Of a stretch of DNA of 64,000 nucleotides, positions 27,908 to 36,101 are shown piece after piece. The position numbers and the translations under genes were made by a program. Origin of the DNA: Lapillicoccus sp. (GTDB lineage: Bacteria > Actinomycetota > Actinomycetes > Actinomycetales > Dermatophilaceae); contig OZ255840.1 of the NCBI GenBank assembly GCA_965277795.1, positions 3,493,566 to 3,557,565 on the forward strand, read 5' to 3'. Each line of letters starts with the position of its first letter. Position 1 is the first letter of the stretch. The notes under the pieces are model-generated. The model was given only the letters and a program-made list of their open reading frames with translations, ran no database searches and was not told where the DNA came from.

Positions 27908-29275
27908 GACTGGCGTGCGGGGGGAGCATGTCCTTCGAGGGAAGCTCGTCGATCCGCGATAACGCTTGGGACTCTACGGGGCGGCTAGGGGAATCGCACG
28001 ACGGACACCCTACTTCTTTAAGCTCCGGCTTCAGGGAAGCATTGATGCAGCGCCACCGAGCCGAAGGCTCGATACCATGCGATGCGTGGCCTGGTGGTGG
28101 AATAGCCATTCTCTTGGCGGATTCTTACTTTCTGATCGTCCCGCTATGGAATGGGTAAAAATTCGCAAGATGCCGCGCTTTCGGGGTACTTTCAGGGGGA
28201 TAGACGGGGGACGTCCGCAAACGTGAACGGGTGCCTAATTGTGTGCCCACCGTCTTGGCGCGCGAACAACAGGGGCATGGAATAAGCGATCAGTACAAGC
28301 CGGGTGATGTAGTCAATGGTCATCGGTTGACCCTGGACAACCGCTGGGTACCGGTCACCGGAGAAGAACCGACCGGAGGCGCACCATTCCGACCCACCAC
28401 GGCACTCCCGAGTCCGACCTCGACCGTGACAACAGGCGCCACAGGTACCGCGCCATCGACGCAGCGACCTGGCGCAAAGCGCAGGTGGCTCCTGCCGGTG
28501 GCGGTTGACATCGTCGCTTTCCTGATCGGTCTACTGGCTGGGAGTGCGGGAGAGTGCTCATCCACGCCAACTGCTGCGGCCGGTTCGACTCCTGCCTCGA
28601 AAGTGACGGTGACCGCCCCGGCATCGGGCGGAAACTCGACGGCAACTTGCGGGTTTGACCGGTGTCGAGCAACCGGGCCCGGGCCGACAGTTTCGCGGGG
28701 ACGTCGACGACGTACTCACCGTCGGCGAGCAGCCGCTAGGCCAGCGGTCGGCCGACACCGTTGCTGCCCCAGGTTGCCCAGACCCGCTCGGGCCAGGCCC
28801 GCACCCTGTTTGCAAGTCGCGGCGTAGCCGGTCTTGTCGGTGGAGAATCGTCCCGTCGCCAGCACGCTCTCGTGAGTATCGACGACCTCGATCGTCACCG
28901 ACAGCTGTGAGGATCGACCCCGATGAACACCGTCGCGATGTCGCCACCTCGTCATCGTCGTCGTGGATCAGCAGGGATCGCGAGGCGGGCCTTGCCGTTA
29001 CGAGCAGGGGCAGTCCCCCTGGAGCCACACCTCGTCACGGCACCCAGCGGGATGCAAACCGAAACAGAGCCACGCCCATCATGCTGGTGGGCAGCCGCGA
29101 GAAGAGCAGCCCACCGGGCCCCGGGAACCGGGTCTGGCCGGACACCGGTCCTGCCGACAATCTTCTAAAAGCCGCGAGCCGGGTTGGGCTCGGCGGTTTC
29201 TTGAGCCACCAACGCTCTTGCTCGGCGTCGAGGCCGTAAGTAGATGGATCTGTCTACACAAGTTATCGTTGTGTT

Positions 29276-29473
29276 ATGGGCGAGACAACGACGATCCGCA
29301 TCAGCAGGGACACTCATGCGCGGGTGACGCGCCTGGCGGCCGAACGCCACGAAACGATCGATGAGACGGTGAGCAAGGCCATCCGCGCCCTCCGCCAGGA
29401 CGCCATGTCGCGGGACCTCGCTGCAGAGCTCACCGAGGATGAGACGGCGTGGCTTGATGCTGACGCCGGGTGA
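29276..29473 (+). CDS. Type II antitoxin (RHH/CopG-like, MazE analogue)
   Basis: 65 aa with a ribbon-helix-helix-like N-terminus (TTIRISRDTHARVTRLAAE). Overlaps the toxin start by 17 nt. Confidence 0.6.
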   Translation: MGETTTIRISRDTHARVTRLAAERHETIDETVSKAIRALRQDAMSRDLAAELTEDETAWLDADAG

Positions 29474-29795
29474 CGTCGTCGAACTCGACCTCGGCATGCC
29501 CGCCGGTAGCGAGGCCGGACTCCGTCGCCCGGTCATCGTCGTGACAGCCGCCCGGATCCTGAGAGGCGGACCCAACGTCGTGCAGGTCGTGCCGTTGACT
29601 CCAACGATCCGCACGAGCAGCACCGAGGTCCTGATCGACCCCGATGAGGACAACCGGCTTGTGACGCGTTCCTCGGCGCAGTGCCAGCACGTGCGATCTG
29701 TGGCCACGACTCGGATTCAGGAGCGCACCGGCAATGTCGGCCCCGTGGTCCTCAACGAGGTCCGCGAGACACTGGCGCTGCTGTTGGACGTATAG
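29457..29795 (+). CDS. MazF/PemK-family endoribonuclease toxin
   Basis: LTPGDVVELDLGMPAGSEAGLRRPVIVVT... matches the PemK/MazF signature. Confidence 0.8.
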   Translation: MLTPGDVVELDLGMPAGSEAGLRRPVIVVTAARILRGGPNVVQVVPLTPTIRTSSTEVLIDPDEDNRLVTRSSAQCQHVRSVATTRIQERTGNVGPVVLNEVRETLALLLDV

Positions 29796-29893
29796 CGTCG
29801 CGCGAGCATCAGGGGATCACCCGAATGCGACTCCCTCGAAGCACGAACGCGCACCGGCAGTCGCGTCACTCCCGCCGCGTAGTTCCGCACGTG

Positions 29894-30202
29894 TTACTCG
29901 GAGAACGGGTCCGTGACCGCGAGCCCGGCTGCGTTGGAGAAGTCTCTGACATTGCGAGGGGCCAGCTCGTAGTGGTCGGCGAGGCAGATGCCAGCGATCT
30001 GACCATCAGCCAGCGCCATCGGGTGACCGGAGGTTTCGGCCATCACCAGGAGCGCGGGCGTCTCTCGCCCGGCGAGCAGGTCGTAGACGACTACAGAGTC
30101 CGAGTAGGCCTCCGGTAGTCGTGCCCACCGGTCTTCCAGGTCCCGCCACCGACGCCCTACTGGGAGCCGCCCGAGCCCCCGTTCAATCTCCTCGACCGTC
30201 AC
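29894..30202 (-). pseudogene. vapC: VapC/FitB-like PIN-domain toxin, 5' end disrupted
   Basis: C-terminal two-thirds of a PIN toxin (VVTVEEIERGLGRLPVGRR...ADGQIAGICLADHYELAPRNVRDF...VTDPF). The frame extends upstream only to DPVVLEWAESIG and then meets a stop. The canonical N-terminal (M)xLDTxV segment with the first catalytic Asp is not in frame. Confidence 0.6.
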
Positions 30203-30213
30203 GACGCAGATAG

Positions 30214-30462
30214 TCAGGTCCGACGCGCCGATCGATTCCGCCCATTCGAGAACGACGGGATCAGAGCTACCTCAAGATCGACCCGGCCGGACTCGGTCAT
30301 TGAGTCGTGAAGGGACAACAGGAAGTTCCGCTCGGGACGGTTCACGACGGCGTCCAATATCGCCCGCACTCCGGCCTCTACCGACCGGCCGTGCTCGGCG
30401 GCCCGTCCTCGCAGCCGAGCGTGCGTGCGCTCGTCCAGCTGCCTGATTGTCAACGTGCTCAT
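30214..30462 (-). CDS. vapB: VapB/FitA-like RHH antitoxin
   Basis: MSTLTIRQLDERTHARLRGRAAEHGRSVEAGVRAILDAV (RHH). C-terminal GRVDLEVALIP toxin-binding-like tail. Start at internal ATG 30462. Confidence 0.65.
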   Translation of the reverse strand: MSTLTIRQLDERTHARLRGRAAEHGRSVEAGVRAILDAVVNRPERNFLLSLHDSMTESGRVDLEVALIPSFSNGRNRSARRT

Positions 30463-30670
30463 AGCGCGCCTCCTCCTATGACAGCAATGCCGGCACAACG
30501 TGATGAAGCGTCCTCCTCGGGTATGTCCGCCGCGAGCAGGCGCACCCCGCCCTTGGAGCGTCCGGCGGGGTGATCGACTGCCGTAGCATCGAAGCCGTGG
30601 CGCCGCTTGGAGCATGGCTAGTGGTCCTTTGCGGGGTGCCCTCCCCCTCGGTCAACGATCGGAGCTCATT

Positions 30671-31072
30671 GTGAAGTTTGCTTCAACCCGCCTCATGACC
30701 GACGACGTGCAGCGCCTTGTGGACTTCTATGAGTTGGTGACCGGACGGCGCTTCGAGTGGCCGAACCCGGCCTTCGCCGAGCTGGTGACACCGGGAGCGG
30801 GAGCCTTGGCCATCGGAAGCAGCGAGACGCTTCCCTTGTTCGCTGGCACCGGCTTGACCGCCGCTGACAACACCAGCGCCATCATCGAGTTCCAGGTCGA
30901 AGGCGTCGACGCCCACCGGGCCAGGATCGGAGACCAGGCACAGGTGGTTCAAGAACCAGTCACCCTGCCGTGGGGCAATCGTGCCTTCATGCTCGTTGAC
31001 CCCGACGGCAACCGGGTCAACCTGTACGAACCATTCACAGAAGAGGCGAAAGCGCGTTTCACCGACAGATGA
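30671..31072 (+). CDS. VOC-family (glyoxalase/bleomycin-resistance/dioxygenase fold) protein
   Basis: Two beta-alpha-beta-beta-beta modules. Start set to GTG preceded by GGAG. Confidence 0.7.
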   Translation: MKFASTRLMTDDVQRLVDFYELVTGRRFEWPNPAFAELVTPGAGALAIGSSETLPLFAGTGLTAADNTSAIIEFQVEGVDAHRARIGDQAQVVQEPVTLPWGNRAFMLVDPDGNRVNLYEPFTEEAKARFTDR

Positions 31073-31439
31073 CTCACCGAACGCGAGCGGTACCCACCAA
31101 ATCAAACGGGTAGGTGCCGAACGAGTCGCCAGCGACGAGTTGAGTCTTTACGCCGCGACGCGGTGCTGGCGCGGTGGTCCTCACGTTCCGCTTTGTCTTC
31201 GCGGGGGCTACCCGAAGTCCCGCCACCGAGACGGCTGATCCCGACGCGTGTCCCACCGCCACCATGTCATCGTCTCGTCGCAGCTCGGCGATGACCCTCG
31301 CCTCGAGTGTCTGTTGGGACATCTCCTCCGCCCACGCACAGGACCTCCCGGAAACGGCCTCCAAGGTCACGTGCTTGGGCCAAGGGGCGCCCGCACCGTC
31401 GCAGGACGTTCTCAGGTCACGGCGACGGCAGCCGGACCG

Positions 31440-32561
31440 TCAGCCACGGGCCTTGGCAATCGCCCTGAGTGCGTCCTGCCAGCCGGTCATGTAGGCGGCA
31501 CTGCCCCAGCCGGGACCGCGCTCCTCATGACCTCGACGTGTCCAATCGATGGCGTCGTCCCAACCGCGGAGGTACACGTCGTCATCGCGTCCGCCGAAAT
31601 ATGCCGGGCCTGCGACGGGACGAGGCACGCAGTCGAGGATGGTCATTTCGACCGCTGCAGCCCGTTGTCGCGTGCGGTCGGTGCCAGGGACCTGTGAGGG
31701 GGTGACACGGTCAGGCGCGACCACGGCCGTCCGGCGACCAGACGTCACGTCTCTGAAGGCCTTCGTGGCACCGCGGCTCACCGTCGCCGCGATCGTGGAG
31801 ACCGGGCCCGGCACGACGTCCTTCTCAGTGATCGAGGTCCGCGAGCGAGCCTCCGACGACCGTCGGTCTAGACCGAACGCGTCAGCAGCCATGTCACCGA
31901 GAAGTTCGAGGTTCCCTTGACCCAGAGCGCTGAGGGGATCGACAGATCCTTCGACCTGCTCGATCAGCACGACCGCGGGGGCGGCATCCTGCGGAATACC
32001 CGCGGCGTCCCGTGGACCCGGCAAGGGGGCGTCCTGCGGATCCGTGGGGCCTTGACGGGTGGTGTGCACAGGCGTGTCGTCCGTGCCGCGCCCGGGTTGC
32101 CCAGATGGCGCGTCGATGACCTCGGTCCGTTCCGCGCGGAGTTTCTTGTGGCTCGACACGAGGTCGTCCAGGTCGACACTGCCGATCACCGAGTGCAGGG
32201 ATCTCTGCGCCAAACGAGAGAGCGCGGAATGCTGGGCTCTAAGGTCGTCGGCAGCCGGGCCGTCGTCGATCACGCGGAAGTAGACCACCGCCTCGACTCT
32301 CACAGACCGGTTGTCCTTCGTCATGCACTCGTCCGCCGGGAGGCCGAGCGTCATGACCTGCTGCCGACTGACCGTGGTACCCCGCTCGCCCACAGGTGCC
32401 GACCTGTGGAGCACAGACACCCCGCCCGGGTCCTCGACCCAGGGCAGGCGGGCGGCGGCACCGCTTTGGTCCTGCCGGGCCGAAGCGACCGACAGGACGG
32501 CCGCGATGCAGACGCGAAACAACAGCACGGCAATGACGATGAGGAGAATAATGACGCCCAC
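31440..32561 (-). CDS. SPFH/band-7 domain membrane protein with atypical C-terminal half
   Basis: N-terminal TM plus band-7 core (VMTLGLPADECMTKDNRSVRVEAVVYFRVID...LRAQHSALSRLAQRSLHSVIGSVDLDDLVS). The canonical downstream band-7 motifs are not seen. Confidence 0.5.
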   Translation of the reverse strand: MGVIILLIVIAVLLFRVCIAAVLSVASARQDQSGAAARLPWVEDPGGVSVLHRSAPVGERGTTVSRQQVMTLGLPADECMTKDNRSVRVEAVVYFRVIDDGPAADDLRAQHSALSRLAQRSLHSVIGSVDLDDLVSSHKKLRAERTEVIDAPSGQPGRGTDDTPVHTTRQGPTDPQDAPLPGPRDAAGIPQDAAPAVVLIEQVEGSVDPLSALGQGNLELLGDMAADAFGLDRRSSEARSRTSITEKDVVPGPVSTIAATVSRGATKAFRDVTSGRRTAVVAPDRVTPSQVPGTDRTRQRAAAVEMTILDCVPRPVAGPAYFGGRDDDVYLRGWDDAIDWTRRGHEERGPGWGSAAYMTGWQDALRAIAKARG

Positions 32562-32741
32562 CTGCCCAACTCGCTTGTATGGGTGCGGGGTCGGTGGCGC
32601 AGATACCCGGGCCTACAGAAGCCCTCGCCCACCAAGGATACGTCAATCCGTCGACTCGCCACGTGTTCTTGCAGGTTCACAACGCGCGAGACTGATCTGG
32701 GCTAGTCCAGAGCTGGTCGGTGAACGCCTACAGTCGGACCC

Positions 32742-35700
32742 GTGGGTCTTGCCGTGCACGTCGACACGCGCACGGACCTTCTCGCGGACGCGCTGGGCGG
32801 GCTCCTCCGAACGCCGGTCGGTGGCGTGCTTTCCCGCGAGCTGGTCGTCGTGCCCGCCAAGGGTGTCGAACGCTGGCTCACGCAGCGCCTCTCGCACGTG
32901 CTCGGTGTCGACGACCGCGGCAACGGCGTATGCGCGGGGGTCGACTTCGTGCGTCCGGCCTCGCTGATCGGGCTGCTCACGGCCACCGACGACGCAGACC
33001 CCTGGGACCCCGAACGGCTTGTCTGGCGGGTCCTCTCGGTCGTCGACGCGAGCATGGACGCGCCCTGGTGCGACGCGCTCGCCCGGCATCTCGGCAAGGG
33101 GCGTGACGGTGAGGAGTACGAGCTGCGCCAAGAACGGCGGTGGACGGTTGCCCGCCGGATCGCCGGCCTCTTCGCCTCGTATGCGCGGGACCGGCCCCGC
33201 ATGCTGCAGGAGTGGGCTCTGCAAAGGGTCGGGGGCGAGGACGGAGACGGCGCAGGTGGGCAGGTCGATCCTGATCTGGGCTGGCAGCCCGAGCTCTGGC
33301 GCCGCGTCGCCGCGATCGTCGACGGCCCCACGCCCGTCCAGCGGCACCGCGACACGGTCGACGCAATCACGGGCGGTGCGCCGATTGCGTTGCCTGAGCG
33401 GCTGTCGCTGTTCGGCTACACCCGGCTCGCGATCAGCGAGCTCGAGCTGGTCGCCGCCGTCGCCGAGGTCCGTGAGGTCCACCTGTGGCTGCCGGTGCCC
33501 TCCCCCGCGTCCTGGGACGCGCTCGCCAGGATGGTCACCGGCGGGCCAGTCAAACGGCGTGAGGACCCGGCCGTCGAGGCCGTCCGGCACCCGCTGTCGG
33601 CCGCGCTCGGCCGCGACGTCCGCGAGCTGCAGCGGGCGCTCACCCTCGTGTCGAATGACCCAGCCAAGCAACAGATCTCAACCGTCGACCCGTCGCCGAG
33701 CACCCTCCTCGGCTGGCTCAAGCACGACATCGCCACCGACACCATCCCCGACCGTGCAACCCGGACCAGCCGGGAAGTCGACGATGCCGACACCTCGGTC
33801 CAGGTGCATGCCACCCACGGGATCCCCCGCCAGGTCGAGGTCCTTCGCGACGTCCTCACCGGGCTGTTGCAGGACGACCCGACCCTCGAACCGCGCGACA
33901 TCATCGTCATGTGTCCGGACGTCGACGCCTATGCGCCAGCGATCACGGCGGCCTTCGGGCTCGGCTCAGTCATCGAGGGCGGACACCCCGGTCACCGACT
34001 GAGGGTCCAGCTCGCCGATCGCGCGCCACGCGCCACGAACCCGGTGCTCGCCGTCGCTGCCGACCTGGTCGGGATCGCCGCCGGGCGAGCCACACTGAGT
34101 GACGTCCTTGCGCTCGCTGCGTCTCCCCCCGTGCGATACCGGTTCGCGTTCACCGACGACGACCTCGCCACAGCCGAGAGCTGGGCCCGTCAAGCCGGGG
34201 TCCGCTGGGGGCTCAGCGGCCCCTTGCGTCGGGCATACAAGCTCGAGCATTTCGACCAGAACACCTGGCAGAGCGGCCTGGACCGGTTGCTGGCCGGTGT
34301 GGCGACAGCCGAGCACGATCTCCTGGTCGGCGAGGTCCTGCCTCTCGACGACGTCTCCAGCGCGGACATCGACCTGGCCGGCCGCCTGGCCGAGCTGGTC
34401 ACCCGGGTCCGCGCCTGCGTCGAACGGCTTCAGGACCCGGGTCCGGTTCGGGAGCGCCTCTCCGTCCTGCGCGACGCAGTGCTGTCCTTGAGCGACACAG
34501 CGCCCTCGGACGCCTGGCAGCTCGCCCAGTTCGAGCGCATGATGGCGCGCGTCGTTGTCGGTGTCGCGGCCCACGCCGACCCGGATACTCAGGTGCGCCT
34601 CACCGACCTGCGCGGCATGCTCGACGTCGAGGGTAGCGCCCGACCCACCCGCGCCAACTTCCGCACCGGCAACCTCACGGTCTGCACGATGGTCCCGATG
34701 AGGTCGGTGCCGCACCGCGTCGTGTGCCTGCTCGGGCTGGAGGACGGGACCTTCCCGCGGACCCAGAGCATTGACGGCGACGACGTGCTCGCCCGCGACC
34801 CGGTGACCGGCGAGCTCGACCTGCGCGGCCAGGACCGGCAGCTCCTGCTCGACGCCGTCATGGCCGCCACGGACAAGCTCGTCCTGCTCTACACGGCGGC
34901 ACACCCCGGCACCGGCCAGGAACGGCCCCCTTCGGTCCCTCTCGGCGAGCTGATGGACGCCCTCGACGCCACCGCCGCGGCAACCGTCAGAGACCACATC
35001 CTCGTCAGACATCCGTTGCAAAGCAACGACGTTCGCAACGTGACCCCCGGTTTGCTCCTGGGCGGCCGGCCGTTCAGCTTCGACCCGGCAGCGCTGAGGG
35101 GCGCCCGAGCCGCCGCCCAACCGACCGCAGAGCCGACGCCATTCCTCGACGCTCCCCTCAGCGCCAAAAGGGGATCGACCGTCGTCAGCCTCACAGACCT
35201 ACAGTCGTTCTACGCCAACCCCGCCCGGGCGTTCCTGCGCCAACGGCTTGACGTGGCCGCACCCGGTGACGCCGACGAAGCGGACGAGGGTATGCCGGTG
35301 GACCCGAATGCGTTGGGGCAGTGGACCGTCGGCGACCGCATCCTGCGTCGACTGTTGTCTGGCGTGTCGCCCGAGACGGTCTTCTACGGTGAGGTCCGTC
35401 GAGGCGACCTCCCGCCGGGCATCCTCGGCGAGCGGATCCTCAGCGAGGTCGGCGGTCGCGCGGCTCGGATCATCCAGGCCACGGACGCCATACGGTCCGC
35501 ACCCGTTGAGGCCGTGTCGGTCGACGTCGCGCTGAGTGACGGACGCCGTCTGGTGGGAACGGTCCCCGACGTGCGGGGCGCACAGATAGTTCGCGTGGGG
35601 TATTCCTCCGTCCGACCTCGTCGCCGGCTCACGACGTGGGTGGACCTGGTCTGCCTGGCCGCGAACAACCCCACGCAGGCGTGGACGGCGATCGCGGTAG

Positions 35701-36101
35701 GGAGGCAGGGCACGGGCGTGCGAGCCGCCCGGTATGGGTCGATCGACAAGAGTGCGCTCGGACTCCTTGACGACCTTGTGACCGTCTATGACAGGGGAAT
35801 GCGCGAGCCGCTGCCGCTGCCCGTCACAACGTCGTCGACGTGGGCCGAAGCGGTGCACCGGGGAAAGCCACCGGACCGGGCTGCTCGAACAGCATGGGAA
35901 GGCAAGGACTTCGCCGACATCTTCGCCGAGAACCGCGATGCCGCCTTCAGCGCGGTGTTCGGGCTGCACAGCCCTTGGGAGCGGATCTCCGGGACCCCAA
36001 GCCCCGGCGAGGACCCGACGCGACAGCGCAGTCGTCTCGGCGCATACGCCGTACGCACGTGGGAGCCGCTGCTGCAACGCGAGCGGCTGGGGGCGCTGTG
36101 A
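32742..36101 (+). CDS. recC: Exodeoxyribonuclease V gamma subunit
   Basis: About 1119 aa with RecC-like N-terminus (leading helicase-like fold). Operon with recB/recD, stop overlaps recB start (GTGA). Confidence 0.85.
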   Translation: MGLAVHVDTRTDLLADALGGLLRTPVGGVLSRELVVVPAKGVERWLTQRLSHVLGVDDRGNGVCAGVDFVRPASLIGLLTATDDADPWDPERLVWRVLSVVDASMDAPWCDALARHLGKGRDGEEYELRQERRWTVARRIAGLFASYARDRPRMLQEWALQRVGGEDGDGAGGQVDPDLGWQPELWRRVAAIVDGPTPVQRHRDTVDAITGGAPIALPERLSLFGYTRLAISELELVAAVAEVREVHLWLPVPSPASWDALARMVTGGPVKRREDPAVEAVRHPLSAALGRDVRELQRALTLVSNDPAKQQISTVDPSPSTLLGWLKHDIATDTIPDRATRTSREVDDADTSVQVHATHGIPRQVEVLRDVLTGLLQDDPTLEPRDIIVMCPDVDAYAPAITAAFGLGSVIEGGHPGHRLRVQLADRAPRATNPVLAVAADLVGIAAGRATLSDVLALAASPPVRYRFAFTDDDLATAESWARQAGVRWGLSGPLRRAYKLEHFDQNTWQSGLDRLLAGVATAEHDLLVGEVLPLDDVSSADIDLAGRLAELVTRVRACVERLQDPGPVRERLSVLRDAVLSLSDTAPSDAWQLAQFERMMARVVVGVAAHADPDTQVRLTDLRGMLDVEGSARPTRANFRTGNLTVCTMVPMRSVPHRVVCLLGLEDGTFPRTQSIDGDDVLARDPVTGELDLRGQDRQLLLDAVMAATDKLVLLYTAAHPGTGQERPPSVPLGELMDALDATAAATVRDHILVRHPLQSNDVRNVTPGLLLGGRPFSFDPAALRGARAAAQPTAEPTPFLDAPLSAKRGSTVVSLTDLQSFYANPARAFLRQRLDVAAPGDADEADEGMPVDPNALGQWTVGDRILRRLLSGVSPETVFYGEVRRGDLPPGILGERILSEVGGRAARIIQATDAIRSAPVEAVSVDVALSDGRRLVGTVPDVRGAQIVRVGYSSVRPRRRLTTWVDLVCLAANNPTQAWTAIAVGRQGTGVRAARYGSIDKSALGLLDDLVTVYDRGMREPLPLPVTTSSTWAEAVHRGKPPDRAARTAWEGKDFADIFAENRDAAFSAVFGLHSPWERISGTPSPGEDPTRQRSRLGAYAVRTWEPLLQRERLGAL

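Noticed and set aside
28716-28955. IS110-family transposase N-terminal fragment (IEVVDTHESVLATGRFSTDKTGYAA)
   Set aside because: The resemblance to the GIDxxK...FxNxxxG motif is loose, the ORF is short and embedded in overlapping junk ORFs. Kept only as a note within the degenerate-region finding.
32570-32625. tRNA-like string gggtgcggggtcggtggcgcagatacccgggcc upstream of recC
   Set aside because: It has D-arm-like GGTGGCGCAG but no T-loop (GTTCGA/TTCGAAT-like) and no acceptor-stem complementarity on either strand.
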